The notes under the pieces were generated by a model that saw only the letters and a program-made list of their open reading frames with translations, did not search any database and was not told where the DNA came from. A DNA stretch of 28,269 nt from an uncultured archaeon (lineage in GTDB: Archaea > Asgardarchaeota > Thorarchaeia > Thorarchaeales > Thorarchaeaceae), in the NCBI GenBank assembly GCA_964610875.1, contig CAZSWP010000028.1, positions 28,364 to 56,632 on the forward strand. The letters run 5' to 3'. Both the position numbers and the translations under genes were made by a program. Shown here in pieces: positions 16,454 to 26,357 of this stretch. The first letter of the stretch is position 1, and every line of letters starts with the position of its first letter.

Positions 16454-17773
16454 CTAGTCTACTTTTACCATTGGTTCAGGTAGGGTGAGGGATTCATGGA
16501 CTTTATCCTCAAAGACTTGCTTTGCGGCATCCATGACTGATTTCTCAATACCTGCAATGTTGTTGTTCGTCGCTACAATGAGATTAGCATGAGTCAGAAT
16601 GCCATCCTCATCGCACTCGTAGTTATGAAGGAGGGTTCCACGTGGTGCTTCTACGATACCAACACCTTCACCAGCCTTCGGTTCAACGTCTGCCAGCTTC
16701 ACATCAGTACTAACAATATCTGGATCTTCTAACAATATCTTAATCCATTCTACCGCTTGCACAGTTTCAACTATTCGTGCGTAATGATATGCGAAGGTAT
16801 GATGTGAAGGTCTCCCAACTAATTCGCGCATCTCCTTTAGAGCAGCATCAGCTAATGGGGTAGCCATCTTATCAGCTACGTTACATCTTGCCAATGTGTT
16901 AGCTCGCCAGATACCGTCAGGGTAACCAGCAGGTTTGTAATAGATGTGTGTCGCGTAGGAATGATTGGGTATATGTTCGCCATAGTACTTGGTGTAGTCC
17001 TTTGGCTCAAAGTCAGCAACAATCTTTCCATCAGGGTCCATAACACGGACATTCCCATCATAGATGTCCAGTACACCGTTGTTTGTAAGACCAAGATAGT
17101 ACGTAGGAGTGACTGCCACTTTTGTGACAACGTCAATGTAATCCGTTACTACCTTCTTTGCCAAGTCAACAGTTGCATGAGTCAGATCAAGCAGTTCAGG
17201 CACCTGTTTCAACCATTTGTCTCTGTCCTCTTCAGGAAGAGCATGTAGTTGACCACCAGGAATTGCGGTCACTGGATGAATCGCTTTTGCACCGATGTCA
17301 CGAATTAATTCCTGTCCAAATTGCATCATCTTGATAGCTTGCACAGCAACATCAGGGAGATGCTTCAAGACAGCAGCAACATTTCTCAAAGATGGATCTG
17401 CAAAGGGTCCAAACACAAAGTCAGGAGCAGCTAGTGCATAGAAGTGAATCATGTGTGAGGAGAGTTGCTTCGCCTCTATCATGAGTCTTCTCAATTTCAC
17501 TGCAGCAGGAGGTGGAGTAATGTCCCAAGCATCCTCAACCGCTTTCACTGAAGCAAGATGATGAGGAATAGGACAGATACCACAGATTCGTGGAGCGATG
17601 CGTATAGCTTCCTCCATCGGTCTTCCAACTAGAAATTTCTCAAAGAATCTAGTACTTCCAACGTTGAACTGTACATCTTTGACCTTACCGTCCTTGCCAA
17701 GTTTCACAGTCAGTGCACCATGGCCTTCAAGGCGTGTCACTGGATCAATTCGGATTGTCTTTTCCTCAGTCAT
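16454..17773 (-). CDS. vhuA: F420-non-reducing (group 3c) [NiFe] hydrogenase large subunit, split VhuA form
   Basis: IDPVTRLEGHG, RFFEKF, RICGICPIPH (L1 motif), VEAPRGTLLH, NLIVAT. No C-terminal DPCxxC motif. Confidence 0.93.
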   Translation of the reverse strand: MTEEKTIRIDPVTRLEGHGALTVKLGKDGKVKDVQFNVGSTRFFEKFLVGRPMEEAIRIAPRICGICPIPHHLASVKAVEDAWDITPPPAAVKLRRLMIEAKQLSSHMIHFYALAAPDFVFGPFADPSLRNVAAVLKHLPDVAVQAIKMMQFGQELIRDIGAKAIHPVTAIPGGQLHALPEEDRDKWLKQVPELLDLTHATVDLAKKVVTDYIDVVTKVAVTPTYYLGLTNNGVLDIYDGNVRVMDPDGKIVADFEPKDYTKYYGEHIPNHSYATHIYYKPAGYPDGIWRANTLARCNVADKMATPLADAALKEMRELVGRPSHHTFAYHYARIVETVQAVEWIKILLEDPDIVSTDVKLADVEPKAGEGVGIVEAPRGTLLHNYECDEDGILTHANLIVATNNNIAGIEKSVMDAAKQVFEDKVHESLTLPEPMVKVD

Positions 17774-18699
17774 TTCTTAGCCTCCTTTGCCTCTTCACGC
17801 TTTATCCGTATTCTGCCCAGATGGCTTGTTGGATAGTCAAATCTGTAGAAGAGACCGAGTGGGTCTTTCACTTGGTCTACCAGTTCATCCGGGTCAATGG
17901 GAGCATATGTTCCAAGCATGGACATCGCCGCAGCACCATGGTCTGACATGATTGGTGGGGGTGGACCAAAACATCCACGACAGGTTGCACCTTTATTCAC
18001 ACACTGGCCTTCGCAAAGACCCCATGTAGATGAACCTGCACAATAGTAACCCTGCTCCAATAGACATCGGTCAGGGTCTGCTATCCCCTCATAGGGTCGC
18101 AGCACCCTCTCGATGGGAGTTTCCTTTTTCTCCCTAGCACAATAATGGCATACTGTGTGAGGAGGTAAGTCAAGAGCCTCTCCAGTGAGAAGGGAATTGA
18201 TTGCGGTAGCAATTAGCTTTGACGTTGGAGGACACCCTGGAATGTAAATATCAAAATCAACATAGTCAGAGTTAGGTCTCACAACTTTCTCAAGAGGAGG
18301 AAGATTCTCTGATGGAACCTCACCGCCGCTGAAAGTCTTGTTCTCCCTGAACTTTGTGTCGACAAGTTCTTCATAGTCATAGAAGTTTGCCAGACCCGCA
18401 ACAGAACCAAAACAAGCACAGGAGCCCAATGCAACCAATATCTTGCTTTTCTGTCGAATTAGCTTGAGGAGATGGACATCCTCTTCCGTCCTTGCCATTC
18501 CTTCATAGAAGCCAACCACGATTGATTTGTCTTCATAGGACTCAAGGTCCTCCAGTTTGTAATCTACTACTGCTTGCCAGTATTTGATTTCCAATTTTGG
18601 AAGTATTTCTGCAAGTCCGAGATGAATATCAACGAGACTCTGGAAACAACCCCAACAGGAACTACCTTGACCCATTACAACTGGTACTGGATCGCTCAT
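17770..18699 (-). CDS. mvhG: F420-non-reducing hydrogenase small (Fe-S) subunit MvhG/VhuG
   Basis: SCWGC, EG, ALGSCACFG, IPGCPP, VCHYC, CLLEQGYYCAG, CRGCFGP. Confidence 0.92.
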   Translation of the reverse strand: MSDPVPVVMGQGSSCWGCFQSLVDIHLGLAEILPKLEIKYWQAVVDYKLEDLESYEDKSIVVGFYEGMARTEEDVHLLKLIRQKSKILVALGSCACFGSVAGLANFYDYEELVDTKFRENKTFSGGEVPSENLPPLEKVVRPNSDYVDFDIYIPGCPPTSKLIATAINSLLTGEALDLPPHTVCHYCAREKKETPIERVLRPYEGIADPDRCLLEQGYYCAGSSTWGLCEGQCVNKGATCRGCFGPPPPIMSDHGAAAMSMLGTYAPIDPDELVDQVKDPLGLFYRFDYPTSHLGRIRIKREEAKEAKK

Positions 18700-18938
18700 C
18701 AATGACCACCCTCCTTGAGACTATAACAGAGTTCTTCTTCCTTGTGTCCAGATACCTCAACTTCTGCCCACCTTAGCATGGCCATGATATTCCAAATCAC
18801 TTGTTCTTTCGGAATACCAGTCATCTTAGCTAACATGGAAACAGTCCGGGCTCCATCTTCAAGAACATGTTTGATTTCCTTGCGCTGTCGCAATGTTATT
18901 GACCGTGGTTTTTCAAATAGAGTTGCAAATTGATTCAT
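18699..18938 (-). CDS. Small winged-helix-like protein inside the mvh operon
   Basis: IKHVLEDGARTVSMLAKMTGIPKEQVIWNIMAMLRWAEVEV...LCYSL fits a wHTH pattern. ATGA overlap with mvhD and TGATG overlap with mvhG. Confidence 0.7.
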   Translation of the reverse strand: MNQFATLFEKPRSITLRQRKEIKHVLEDGARTVSMLAKMTGIPKEQVIWNIMAMLRWAEVEVSGHKEEELCYSLKEGGH

Positions 18939-19381
18939 TTCCACTCCTCCGAGATAGGACCAAGTTCTCGTACTTGTTCGACGAGTGTTCGGACACCATC
19001 AGCGAAGATCTGAGCTTCTGATGCGCTTGCCCATTGTAGTCGTATTCTTCGTGGGTCAACTCCAGCCTGCTCAATTGCTTTCGCCATCAATGCCCATCTG
19101 GCTCTCGCTTTCAAGTTGCCACTGGTATAATGGCAATCGCCGGGGTGACATCCAGAAACAAGAACACCATCCGCACCCATCTCCAATGCCGCAAGAATGA
19201 ACTCAGGGTGAATTCGCCCTGTACAGTTCACTCGTAAAATTCTTGCATTGGTGGGGTATTGGATACGACTTGTCCCAGCTAAATCAGCTCCCGCATAGGA
19301 ACACCAATTACAGCAATAAGCAAGTATCCTAGGTTCCCACTCTTCATCATTCTTTGTCTTAGTTTTAGTTGTGGCAGCCAT
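18935..19381 (-). CDS. mvhD: MvhD [2Fe-2S] subunit (Cys form)
   Basis: CCNWCSYAGADLAGTSR, CTGRI, GADGVLVSGCHPGDCHY, WASASE. Confidence 0.96.
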   Translation of the reverse strand: MAATTKTKTKNDEEWEPRILAYCCNWCSYAGADLAGTSRIQYPTNARILRVNCTGRIHPEFILAALEMGADGVLVSGCHPGDCHYTSGNLKARARWALMAKAIEQAGVDPRRIRLQWASASEAQIFADGVRTLVEQVRELGPISEEWK

Positions 19382-21129
19382 TACGCTTTACCTCCTGTTG
19401 CACTCTCAGTAGGACAGAGATATGCTTCCACCATAGATAGTATCTGGTCATTCGTTGAGTGATACATTATGATGGCATTACTTGGACAAGCCGCTGCACA
19501 TGTGCCGCATCCGTGGCATTTTGCCTCGGTAACAAGAGCCACCGGAGGATCTTGTGTTTCATCCATGGCAATAGCACCGTATGGACATGCTGATACACAG
19601 GTGTGACAAGATGAGCACAGCTCGGAAAGAACGTGAGAAACTGTGGATTCAATCTCAACTTTCCCTTGTGCCATCAGTGCAACAGCTTTTGCAGCTGCAC
19701 CACTCGCATCCACAACAGCTTCAAAGGCATTCTTAGGTGCCTGAGCAGCACCAGCAATCATGACTCCCGCAGTATGTGTTGTCAAAGGTGCAAGTTTGAT
19801 ATGTTCCGGATTGAAGAAACCATCACCGCTTCTTGTCAATGAGAACATCTTGGCAGTTTCAGCAGTCTCTGCAGGGGGCATCATTGCTGTTGAGAGTACT
19901 AGGATGTCTGGTTCGAAGACCAGTTCCTCATCAGCTAGAACATCGTGCCATTTTACCTGCACTTGATTCTTCTCCACTGTAACTTCAGGTTTTGCGTCCT
20001 CTGGGAATTTACTGAAGATAACGTGGTTTGCTCTAGCCATTCTGTGAAATTCTTCATGACCTGCACCATATGTGCGGATGTCTTGATATAATACAAGAAC
20101 TTCGTCAACACTCTGACGCATATCACCAGCAGCTTTTGCTGTTGCTGAACAACAGTAACGAGAACAGTGTTCATGACCCTTGAGATCAGGTTCTCTGGAA
20201 CCGACACATCCAACGAATACAATCGATTTGACCGGTTCACCTGTGCTTGGTCGAATGAACTGTTCCTTCTCTGGTTTCTCCTGTAATTCAGCAAGTGTCA
20301 TGATATCTGGAGATTCACCGTATCCATAGTAACCAACTGGTTTGAATGGGTCGAATCCTGTTGTTACTATGACCGTACCAACCTTGGCTTTCTTTGTCTT
20401 TCCAGTATCAGTCTTCTCAATGGTGATATCGAAGTTGCCAATATAACCATCGAATTCAGATACAACACTACCAGTCATAACTTTGACTCGAGGATGCTTC
20501 TTTGCCGCTATGATAAGCGGTTTGACGACATCCATTCCAGATTGGTCAGTTGGGAACATGTGGCTCCACTTTGCTACATTACCACCCAATTCATCATCCT
20601 TCTCAACCAGAATAACCTCAAAGCCTCGGTCTGCAATATCTAAAGCAGCACGAAGGCCAGCTATTCCACCTCCAACAACAAGAGTCTTCTGAGTCACTTC
20701 TACCGTTTTGATAGGCAATGACTCAAGATTCGCTGCTCTTGCAACAGACATCTTCACAAGGTCCTTTGCTTTCTCTGTAGCTTTCTCAGGTTCACGCATG
20801 TGACACCATGAAACATGTTCTCTGAGATTCACCTGTTCGAAGAGATATCTGTTAAGATCAGCATCTTCAACCACTCTTCTAAAAGTGGGTTCGTGCATTC
20901 TCGGAGAACAACTTGCGACTACAACACGGTTGAGCTTGTGCTCTTTGATCTTGTCCTTGATGAGTTGTTGTCCTGCATCTGCACACATGAACATCTCATC
21001 AGTTGCATAGGTGACTCCTGGCAACTTTGCTGCCATCTGTGCGACGCTTTCGACATCGACAGTTCCAGCAATATTGTGTCCACAGTGGCAAACAAATACA
21101 CCGATTCTTGGTTCCTCTTTCGCACTCAT
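19381..21129 (-). CDS. hdrA: Heterodisulfide reductase A-like flavoprotein (N-terminal domain + FAD domain + C-terminal 2x[4Fe-4S])
   Basis: IGVFVCHCG.NI, SCSPRMHE, NLREHVSW, GGGIAG, CVGSR...CSRYCC, CSSCHTCVSACP, CHGCGTCAAACP. Confidence 0.9.
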   Translation of the reverse strand: MSAKEEPRIGVFVCHCGHNIAGTVDVESVAQMAAKLPGVTYATDEMFMCADAGQQLIKDKIKEHKLNRVVVASCSPRMHEPTFRRVVEDADLNRYLFEQVNLREHVSWCHMREPEKATEKAKDLVKMSVARAANLESLPIKTVEVTQKTLVVGGGIAGLRAALDIADRGFEVILVEKDDELGGNVAKWSHMFPTDQSGMDVVKPLIIAAKKHPRVKVMTGSVVSEFDGYIGNFDITIEKTDTGKTKKAKVGTVIVTTGFDPFKPVGYYGYGESPDIMTLAELQEKPEKEQFIRPSTGEPVKSIVFVGCVGSREPDLKGHEHCSRYCCSATAKAAGDMRQSVDEVLVLYQDIRTYGAGHEEFHRMARANHVIFSKFPEDAKPEVTVEKNQVQVKWHDVLADEELVFEPDILVLSTAMMPPAETAETAKMFSLTRSGDGFFNPEHIKLAPLTTHTAGVMIAGAAQAPKNAFEAVVDASGAAAKAVALMAQGKVEIESTVSHVLSELCSSCHTCVSACPYGAIAMDETQDPPVALVTEAKCHGCGTCAAACPSNAIIMYHSTNDQILSMVEAYLCPTESATGGKA

Positions 21130-22007
21130 TAGCGAACACCTCCTGAGATTGTTTCAAATAATGGATTTGGTGAGATCTTGTTGAGCTCAATACCCAGTTT
21201 TTCAAGTTCAATTCCCATTGCAGGACCTAGGAACTGTGGTATCGGAATGATCGGGATCTTTGCCTCATCACTACCTTCACCAAATTGAACCTGAGTCAAT
21301 TGAATATCACAAAAGACACAGGCAGTTACAATTCCATCAGCTCCTACATGTCGTACGTTCTCTATCTTGTCACGTCCGATTTTTGTTGCAATCTCTTCAT
21401 CCATTGCCAACATTGGACCTCCACAGCAACGAGTCTTTCCTGTATAATCAACAGGAGTTGCTCCAGCAATCTCAACCAAATGGTCTAGAATAACTGGATT
21501 CTCTGGATCATCCACTTGGACGATATCATATGGGCGAGTAACATGACAACCATAGTGAGCAGCGAGTTTTACGCCACTGTAGGGTTTTACGATATTTCTT
21601 CTAATCTTTTCAAAGCCAATATCTTCAGCTAGAACCTGTAGAAGATGTCGTACTCTAACCTTACCAGTATACTTGAGTCCCTCTTCAGCAAGGAGTTCAT
21701 TGACTTCATCTCTTGCTTCATAATTCTCATCTAGATAGTGCTGATTATGCTTCAGTGAACCTGAGCATGCTCCGCACACTGCCAGAATATCTAACTCCTC
21801 ACGTTCAGCAAGAGCTAATATCCGACCACTCATAGCTGCAAAAGCATTACGGTTGATTGACTCTATGTACTGTGCACCACAACAATTTGCATCTTGCATT
21901 GGAGTCACTTTGACACCGAGATGCTCTAGCACAGCGATAGTAGCAGCCTCATACGCTGGGAGTCGTACGGGGGTGGTACACCCTCGATACAACAATATTT
22001 CGTTCAT
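21129..22007 (-). CDS. hdrB: Heterodisulfide reductase subunit B (two CCG domains)
   Basis: YRGC, CCG, CGAC, HYGCH..RP, CCGG, ACVFC. Confidence 0.93.
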   Translation of the reverse strand: MNEILLYRGCTTPVRLPAYEAATIAVLEHLGVKVTPMQDANCCGAQYIESINRNAFAAMSGRILALAEREELDILAVCGACSGSLKHNQHYLDENYEARDEVNELLAEEGLKYTGKVRVRHLLQVLAEDIGFEKIRRNIVKPYSGVKLAAHYGCHVTRPYDIVQVDDPENPVILDHLVEIAGATPVDYTGKTRCCGGPMLAMDEEIATKIGRDKIENVRHVGADGIVTACVFCDIQLTQVQFGEGSDEAKIPIIPIPQFLGPAMGIELEKLGIELNKISPNPLFETISGGVR

Positions 22008-22501
22008 TCGGAAACCTCCTCAGAAAAATACGTACGTTTAATTTTGTTTGAAAATTCTTTATTCCATTCAAGATTCGGATTGAGACCCAAGTCATCACGT
22101 TCGTCTTCAGTGAAGTCGGAATATGCATCCTCTAACATCCATCCATCCTCCAGGACGGTATCGGTGGTCTTCTTGAAGACATTTGGAATGTGACCCTCTC
22201 TTGCTGCTATAGTTCTGACAGCTTGGAAAATCTCTGCGGGGCTCACTCCCTCTTGACATCGTTCTTCACAAAGCCTGCAGGTCATACAGAACCAAGCAAG
22301 CTCGTCATTCAATACTTCCTCTCGTTTGCCTAAGACAATCTTCTGGATTATCTTTCTGGGACGATACTTGTCTGTGGCTTTTGATATCACACAACTAGCT
22401 GTACAGATTCCACACTGTACACATTTGCTAATACCTTCACCACCAGGAATTTTTGATAGCTCCTCTGCAAAGTCAGAATTTGGTGTATGTGGTTTACTCA
22501 T
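22004..22501 (-). CDS. hdrC: Heterodisulfide reductase subunit C
   Basis: CVQCGICTASC and WFCMTCRLCEERC; between hdrA-like and hdrB genes. Confidence 0.92.
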   Translation of the reverse strand: MSKPHTPNSDFAEELSKIPGGEGISKCVQCGICTASCVISKATDKYRPRKIIQKIVLGKREEVLNDELAWFCMTCRLCEERCQEGVSPAEIFQAVRTIAAREGHIPNVFKKTTDTVLEDGWMLEDAYSDFTEDERDDLGLNPNLEWNKEFSNKIKRTYFSEEVSE

Positions 22502-22513
22502 TTGATAAACCTC

Positions 22514-25267
22514 CTATTTCTCCTTTAACTCTGGGTCACCCTCAAGGAGTATAGAAGCACGCATTGCAGCTGCACTTCCTGCTGTGACACTATCAGGAAT
22601 GTCTTTTGGTGAATCAGCACAACCACAGACAAACATTCCAGGAACGCTTGTATCTACAGGAGTAGCGAGGTTATCACGGGTCTTCACATATCCGTCCTCA
22701 GAAAGTTTCAATCCAAGTTCGCTAGATAATTCATCCAAACCCTTTGGAGGTAGTAATCCGGGGCTGATAATGATAAGATCATGTTCTGCCACGTACATTC
22801 GTGACGTTTCGGTGTCTTCAACGGTGCATCTAAGATTACCTGTTTCTGACACTTCATTGACCTCACCAATTCTGCCTCGAACAAACTTTACACCAAAACG
22901 TGTTTTAGCTCTCTCATAGAATTGTTCAAAGTCCTTTCCAAATGCACGTATGTCAGCATAGTAAATGGTAACATCGGCATCAGGATCATGTTCCTTCGCC
23001 ATAACCGCATTCTTGATTCCGTACATACAACATACTCTTGAACAATTAGGTACACCTTTCTCAGTATCTCTCGCTCCAACACATTGGATGAAACCAATAC
23101 TCTTTGGAATCTTTCCATCACTGAACCGTATTAGGTGACCCTGAGTTGGTCCAGCTGCATTGATGAGACGCTCATATTCCATAGCATTGATTACATTGGC
23201 ATATTTTCCATATCCAAGACGAGGATAATCAGAAACATCATACATTTCAAAACCGGTTGCAACAATAATCGCACCAGGATTGAGTTCTACTATTTCCTCT
23301 TGCATGCTATGGTCAATGGCATCCCTCTCACATTTTTCTACACACTGCAAACATTCACAACACACTGAACAACCTAAACAACGTCCAGATTCCTCAATTG
23401 CAGTGTCAGCATCAAAACCAGTTTCGACCTCTGAGAAGTTTTCTCGACGTTTAGAGATAGTCTGCTTTGGCATCTCAGCACGAGGAGCTCGTTCAAAATT
23501 AGCTTCATCAACTCGTGGTTCAGCAATCTTATAGTGAATGCCTTCTCGACCCTTCTTTAGGTCTTCGCCTTTCAGATATCTATCTATTGAGATGGCAGCC
23601 TCCTTGCCCATTCCTACTGCTTTTACTGCAGTAGCAGGACCAAGTACTACATCACCACCAGCAAAGACACCTTTCTTACTAGTTTCAAGAGAAACAGGGT
23701 CTGCGACAATTGTGCCCCATTCATCAATGTCTAATCCCTTGTGAATTTCAGCTGGATCTACACTCTGACCGATAGCAATTATGATTGAATCAACAGAGAG
23801 TGAGAGTTCTGAGTCAGGAACAGGTACTGGTCTGCGTCGCCCTGATCTATCTTCTTCACCCAGTTTCATCCGGATGCATTTCAATCCAGATACAGCACCG
23901 CCTTTTGTAAGAATCTGAGTGGGCTGGGTGAGCATCATCATTCTGACACCCTCTTGTCGGGCATCTTCTACCTCACTTGGAATGGCGGGTAATTCTACTT
24001 GTGATCTTCTATAGACCAATGTGACTTCCTTTGCACCAAGTCTCATGGCTACACGAGCGGAGTCAATAGCGGCATCACCGCCACCAATTACAGCCACATG
24101 TTCGCCCACTGATACTGTTTCACCAGATGCTGTTTTATCCAGAAAGTCAATAGCATGAAAGACTCCTTTGGCATCTTCGCCTTTAATCTTCAGTTGATTA
24201 CTCTTAGATGCACCTGTAGCCAGAAAGACTGCTTTGTATCCTTCTTTAAGCAAATAATCTGATGAGAAGACTATTGTGTGAGGTTTGAACTCAACACCCA
24301 TCTTACGTACAAAGTCAATCTCTTCATCTAGAATTTCACGTGGGAGTCTGTATTCAGGAATGGCGTATCTTAAGAGACCACCAAGTTCCTTTCGCTTTTC
24401 ATAGACGGTAACAGGGTATCCCATTTTAGCTAGGTGATATGCACAACCTATTCCCGCTGGACCTGAACCTACAACTGCAACCTTTTCGCCATGGGTGATA
24501 TTAGGTGTCACTTCAGGAGTAGTACCATTCTCTCGTTCATGATCAGCAAGGAATCGGTGCAAGTTACGGATGCTTAAACTTTCATCATATTCTCCACGAG
24601 CACAACCAGTTTCACAAAAGCTAACACATACTCTTCCCAATACACCTGGGAATGGTATAGCTCTCCTTACAATTTCTATAGCTTCATCATAACGCTCATG
24701 CATTGTCATAGCAATGAAAGCTTGAGCATTGACTCCTGCAGGGCAATTCACCGTACAAGCGGCATGGTCCCGTTTGTCAATTGTATAAACATTGGGTGTT
24801 GCTTGCGGGAAAGGCGCATATATTGCCTTTCTAAAACCGATATTCTGGTCAAACTCATTGGGTACCTCTATTGGGCACACAGAAACACAGTCGCCACAGC
24901 CAGAACACTTGTCTTCTAGAATATATCTAGGTTTCCTTAACACTTCAACTCTGAAATTACCAGATTTTCCGGTCACTCTTCGAACTTCTGAATAAGTCAA
25001 GAGCTCTATATTCGGATGTCTAGAAACTTCACTCAATCGAGGTGTCAGGATACAAGCAGAACAGTCCAGAGTTGGGAACGTCTTGTCAATCATAGCCATC
25101 CTTCCACCGATAGAAGGAGTCTTTTCGACAAGATGGACCTTTATTCCTTGATTTGCCAAGTCGAGGGCCGCTTGCATTCCTGCAACTCCTCCACCTATTA
25201 CCAAGGCACTCTTGTGATCATTCTTATCTGACGCCGTGGAGACATCTTTACTAGACTCAACTGTCAT
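22514..25267 (-). CDS. HdrA-like flavoprotein with inserted GltD/NfnB-like NAD(P)H oxidoreductase module (HdrL-like)
   Basis: HdrA part: GGGVAG, KTFPTLDCSAC, CSGCGDCVSVCP. Insert: CTVNCP, GRVC..FCE..C, GSGPAG, GGLLRYAIPEYRLP, GGGDAAID, VYRR, FAGGD. HdrA resumes at IQCVGAR..CSRVCC and PKDIPDSV. GGAGG RBS. Confidence 0.9.
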   Translation of the reverse strand: MTVESSKDVSTASDKNDHKSALVIGGGVAGMQAALDLANQGIKVHLVEKTPSIGGRMAMIDKTFPTLDCSACILTPRLSEVSRHPNIELLTYSEVRRVTGKSGNFRVEVLRKPRYILEDKCSGCGDCVSVCPIEVPNEFDQNIGFRKAIYAPFPQATPNVYTIDKRDHAACTVNCPAGVNAQAFIAMTMHERYDEAIEIVRRAIPFPGVLGRVCVSFCETGCARGEYDESLSIRNLHRFLADHERENGTTPEVTPNITHGEKVAVVGSGPAGIGCAYHLAKMGYPVTVYEKRKELGGLLRYAIPEYRLPREILDEEIDFVRKMGVEFKPHTIVFSSDYLLKEGYKAVFLATGASKSNQLKIKGEDAKGVFHAIDFLDKTASGETVSVGEHVAVIGGGDAAIDSARVAMRLGAKEVTLVYRRSQVELPAIPSEVEDARQEGVRMMMLTQPTQILTKGGAVSGLKCIRMKLGEEDRSGRRRPVPVPDSELSLSVDSIIIAIGQSVDPAEIHKGLDIDEWGTIVADPVSLETSKKGVFAGGDVVLGPATAVKAVGMGKEAAISIDRYLKGEDLKKGREGIHYKIAEPRVDEANFERAPRAEMPKQTISKRRENFSEVETGFDADTAIEESGRCLGCSVCCECLQCVEKCERDAIDHSMQEEIVELNPGAIIVATGFEMYDVSDYPRLGYGKYANVINAMEYERLINAAGPTQGHLIRFSDGKIPKSIGFIQCVGARDTEKGVPNCSRVCCMYGIKNAVMAKEHDPDADVTIYYADIRAFGKDFEQFYERAKTRFGVKFVRGRIGEVNEVSETGNLRCTVEDTETSRMYVAEHDLIIISPGLLPPKGLDELSSELGLKLSEDGYVKTRDNLATPVDTSVPGMFVCGCADSPKDIPDSVTAGSAAAMRASILLEGDPELKEK

Positions 25268-25777
25268 TTAATTTCCTCCACAAACCACCGATATGGTTAG
25301 AAACCTCTTAGCATTAGACATTCTTCTTGTCGATAACAAAATCGACACTTTTTCTCGAAGGGATGCACAACTTCGAGCGAATTTTGTCTTGAGTATGTAT
25401 GTAATCGAACATATCGATTTCGTAAAAAAGTCAAGCGCACATTGACATAATGCTGCATTCCTTTGGCGGAAAGATCTCAATTGAAAGTGGAATATTCCAT
25501 CCATATTGCTTCACCATGCCTCTACGTACGGTTTCGCTGTAGTTGATGAAGAAAAGGTATTTTACCTCATCTTCTTAGTTTTCGATGTTCAAATGCATGT
25601 TTAGAGGTTACAAATTGTTATGCAAATGTAATGATAACCTTAACGAGTCGGATTCCAATACCAAATAGTCACTTAATGAACCTTTTGAGACATATTATTA
25701 GACCCAATGATGCAAAAAGAAAGGAAAGAATGCATTTCATGACAGCTCATTATTGAAAACGATAGTGCAACTAACAA

Positions 25778-26292
25778 TCATGTACGTAATTGAATGCATA
25801 TGCAAGATTTGTGTCGAAAATCAACATTGATTGATTGGACATGTATGATTACTAACATGAATGCAACATTCTGCGAATAGCTAAGCCTCTGCTCGATTTG
25901 CCTATCACCAAAGTCACCAAAGAGAAAAGCGAAGAAAATTGCGAAGTTAGCTACTCCGATGATTGAGAATGATTTGGGGCTCTGTTTTTCTTTTGAATTA
26001 GAACAGCTACAGTCCATACAAGAACCATGATCACACCACTAAAAAAGAATGAGAGGGCAGCAAAACCATGTTCGGTAATGTAGTTCATTGGGTAGATTCC
26101 TACAAAGAGGATTGAGATAGAAGTAAAGACACCAATCAAAGAGGCAACCTTTGCGGCAATGTTCTCCATGTATAGACCCAGACCTATCATGAAAGGTATG
26201 TATAGAATTCCAGCTAGTATGATACCAATGTTGAAAAGAAATGCCAACTCAGATACACCGATTTCACCTAACTCAGAAATGAAACGATTGAA
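25778..26292 (-). pseudogene. DUF998-like membrane protein pseudogene (5'-truncated, frameshifted)
   Basis: FNRFISELGEIGVSELAFLFNIGIILAG ... FVGIYP...H...A..FF. No start codon (in-frame TGA at 26293-26295). The hydrophobic sequence continues in another frame (PKSFSIIGVANFAIFFAFLF) after about 25990. Confidence 0.65.
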
Positions 26293-26357
26293 TCACTCCA
26301 GTAAAATAATATCCTTTCAGAAACCCTTTTCTCAGTCAATTAAATCCACAGCTAGCG

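Noticed and set aside
25268-25504. 78-aa ORF directly upstream of the hdrL-like gene, tested as a missing or Sec-interrupted HdrA N-terminus
   Set aside because: No HdrA motifs, ends in TAA, and overlaps the RBS and probable promoter.
26293-26295. In-frame TGA before the DUF998-like fragment as a possible Sec codon
   Set aside because: No Cys-type motif context, no evident upstream coding continuation and no SECIS-like hairpin seen.
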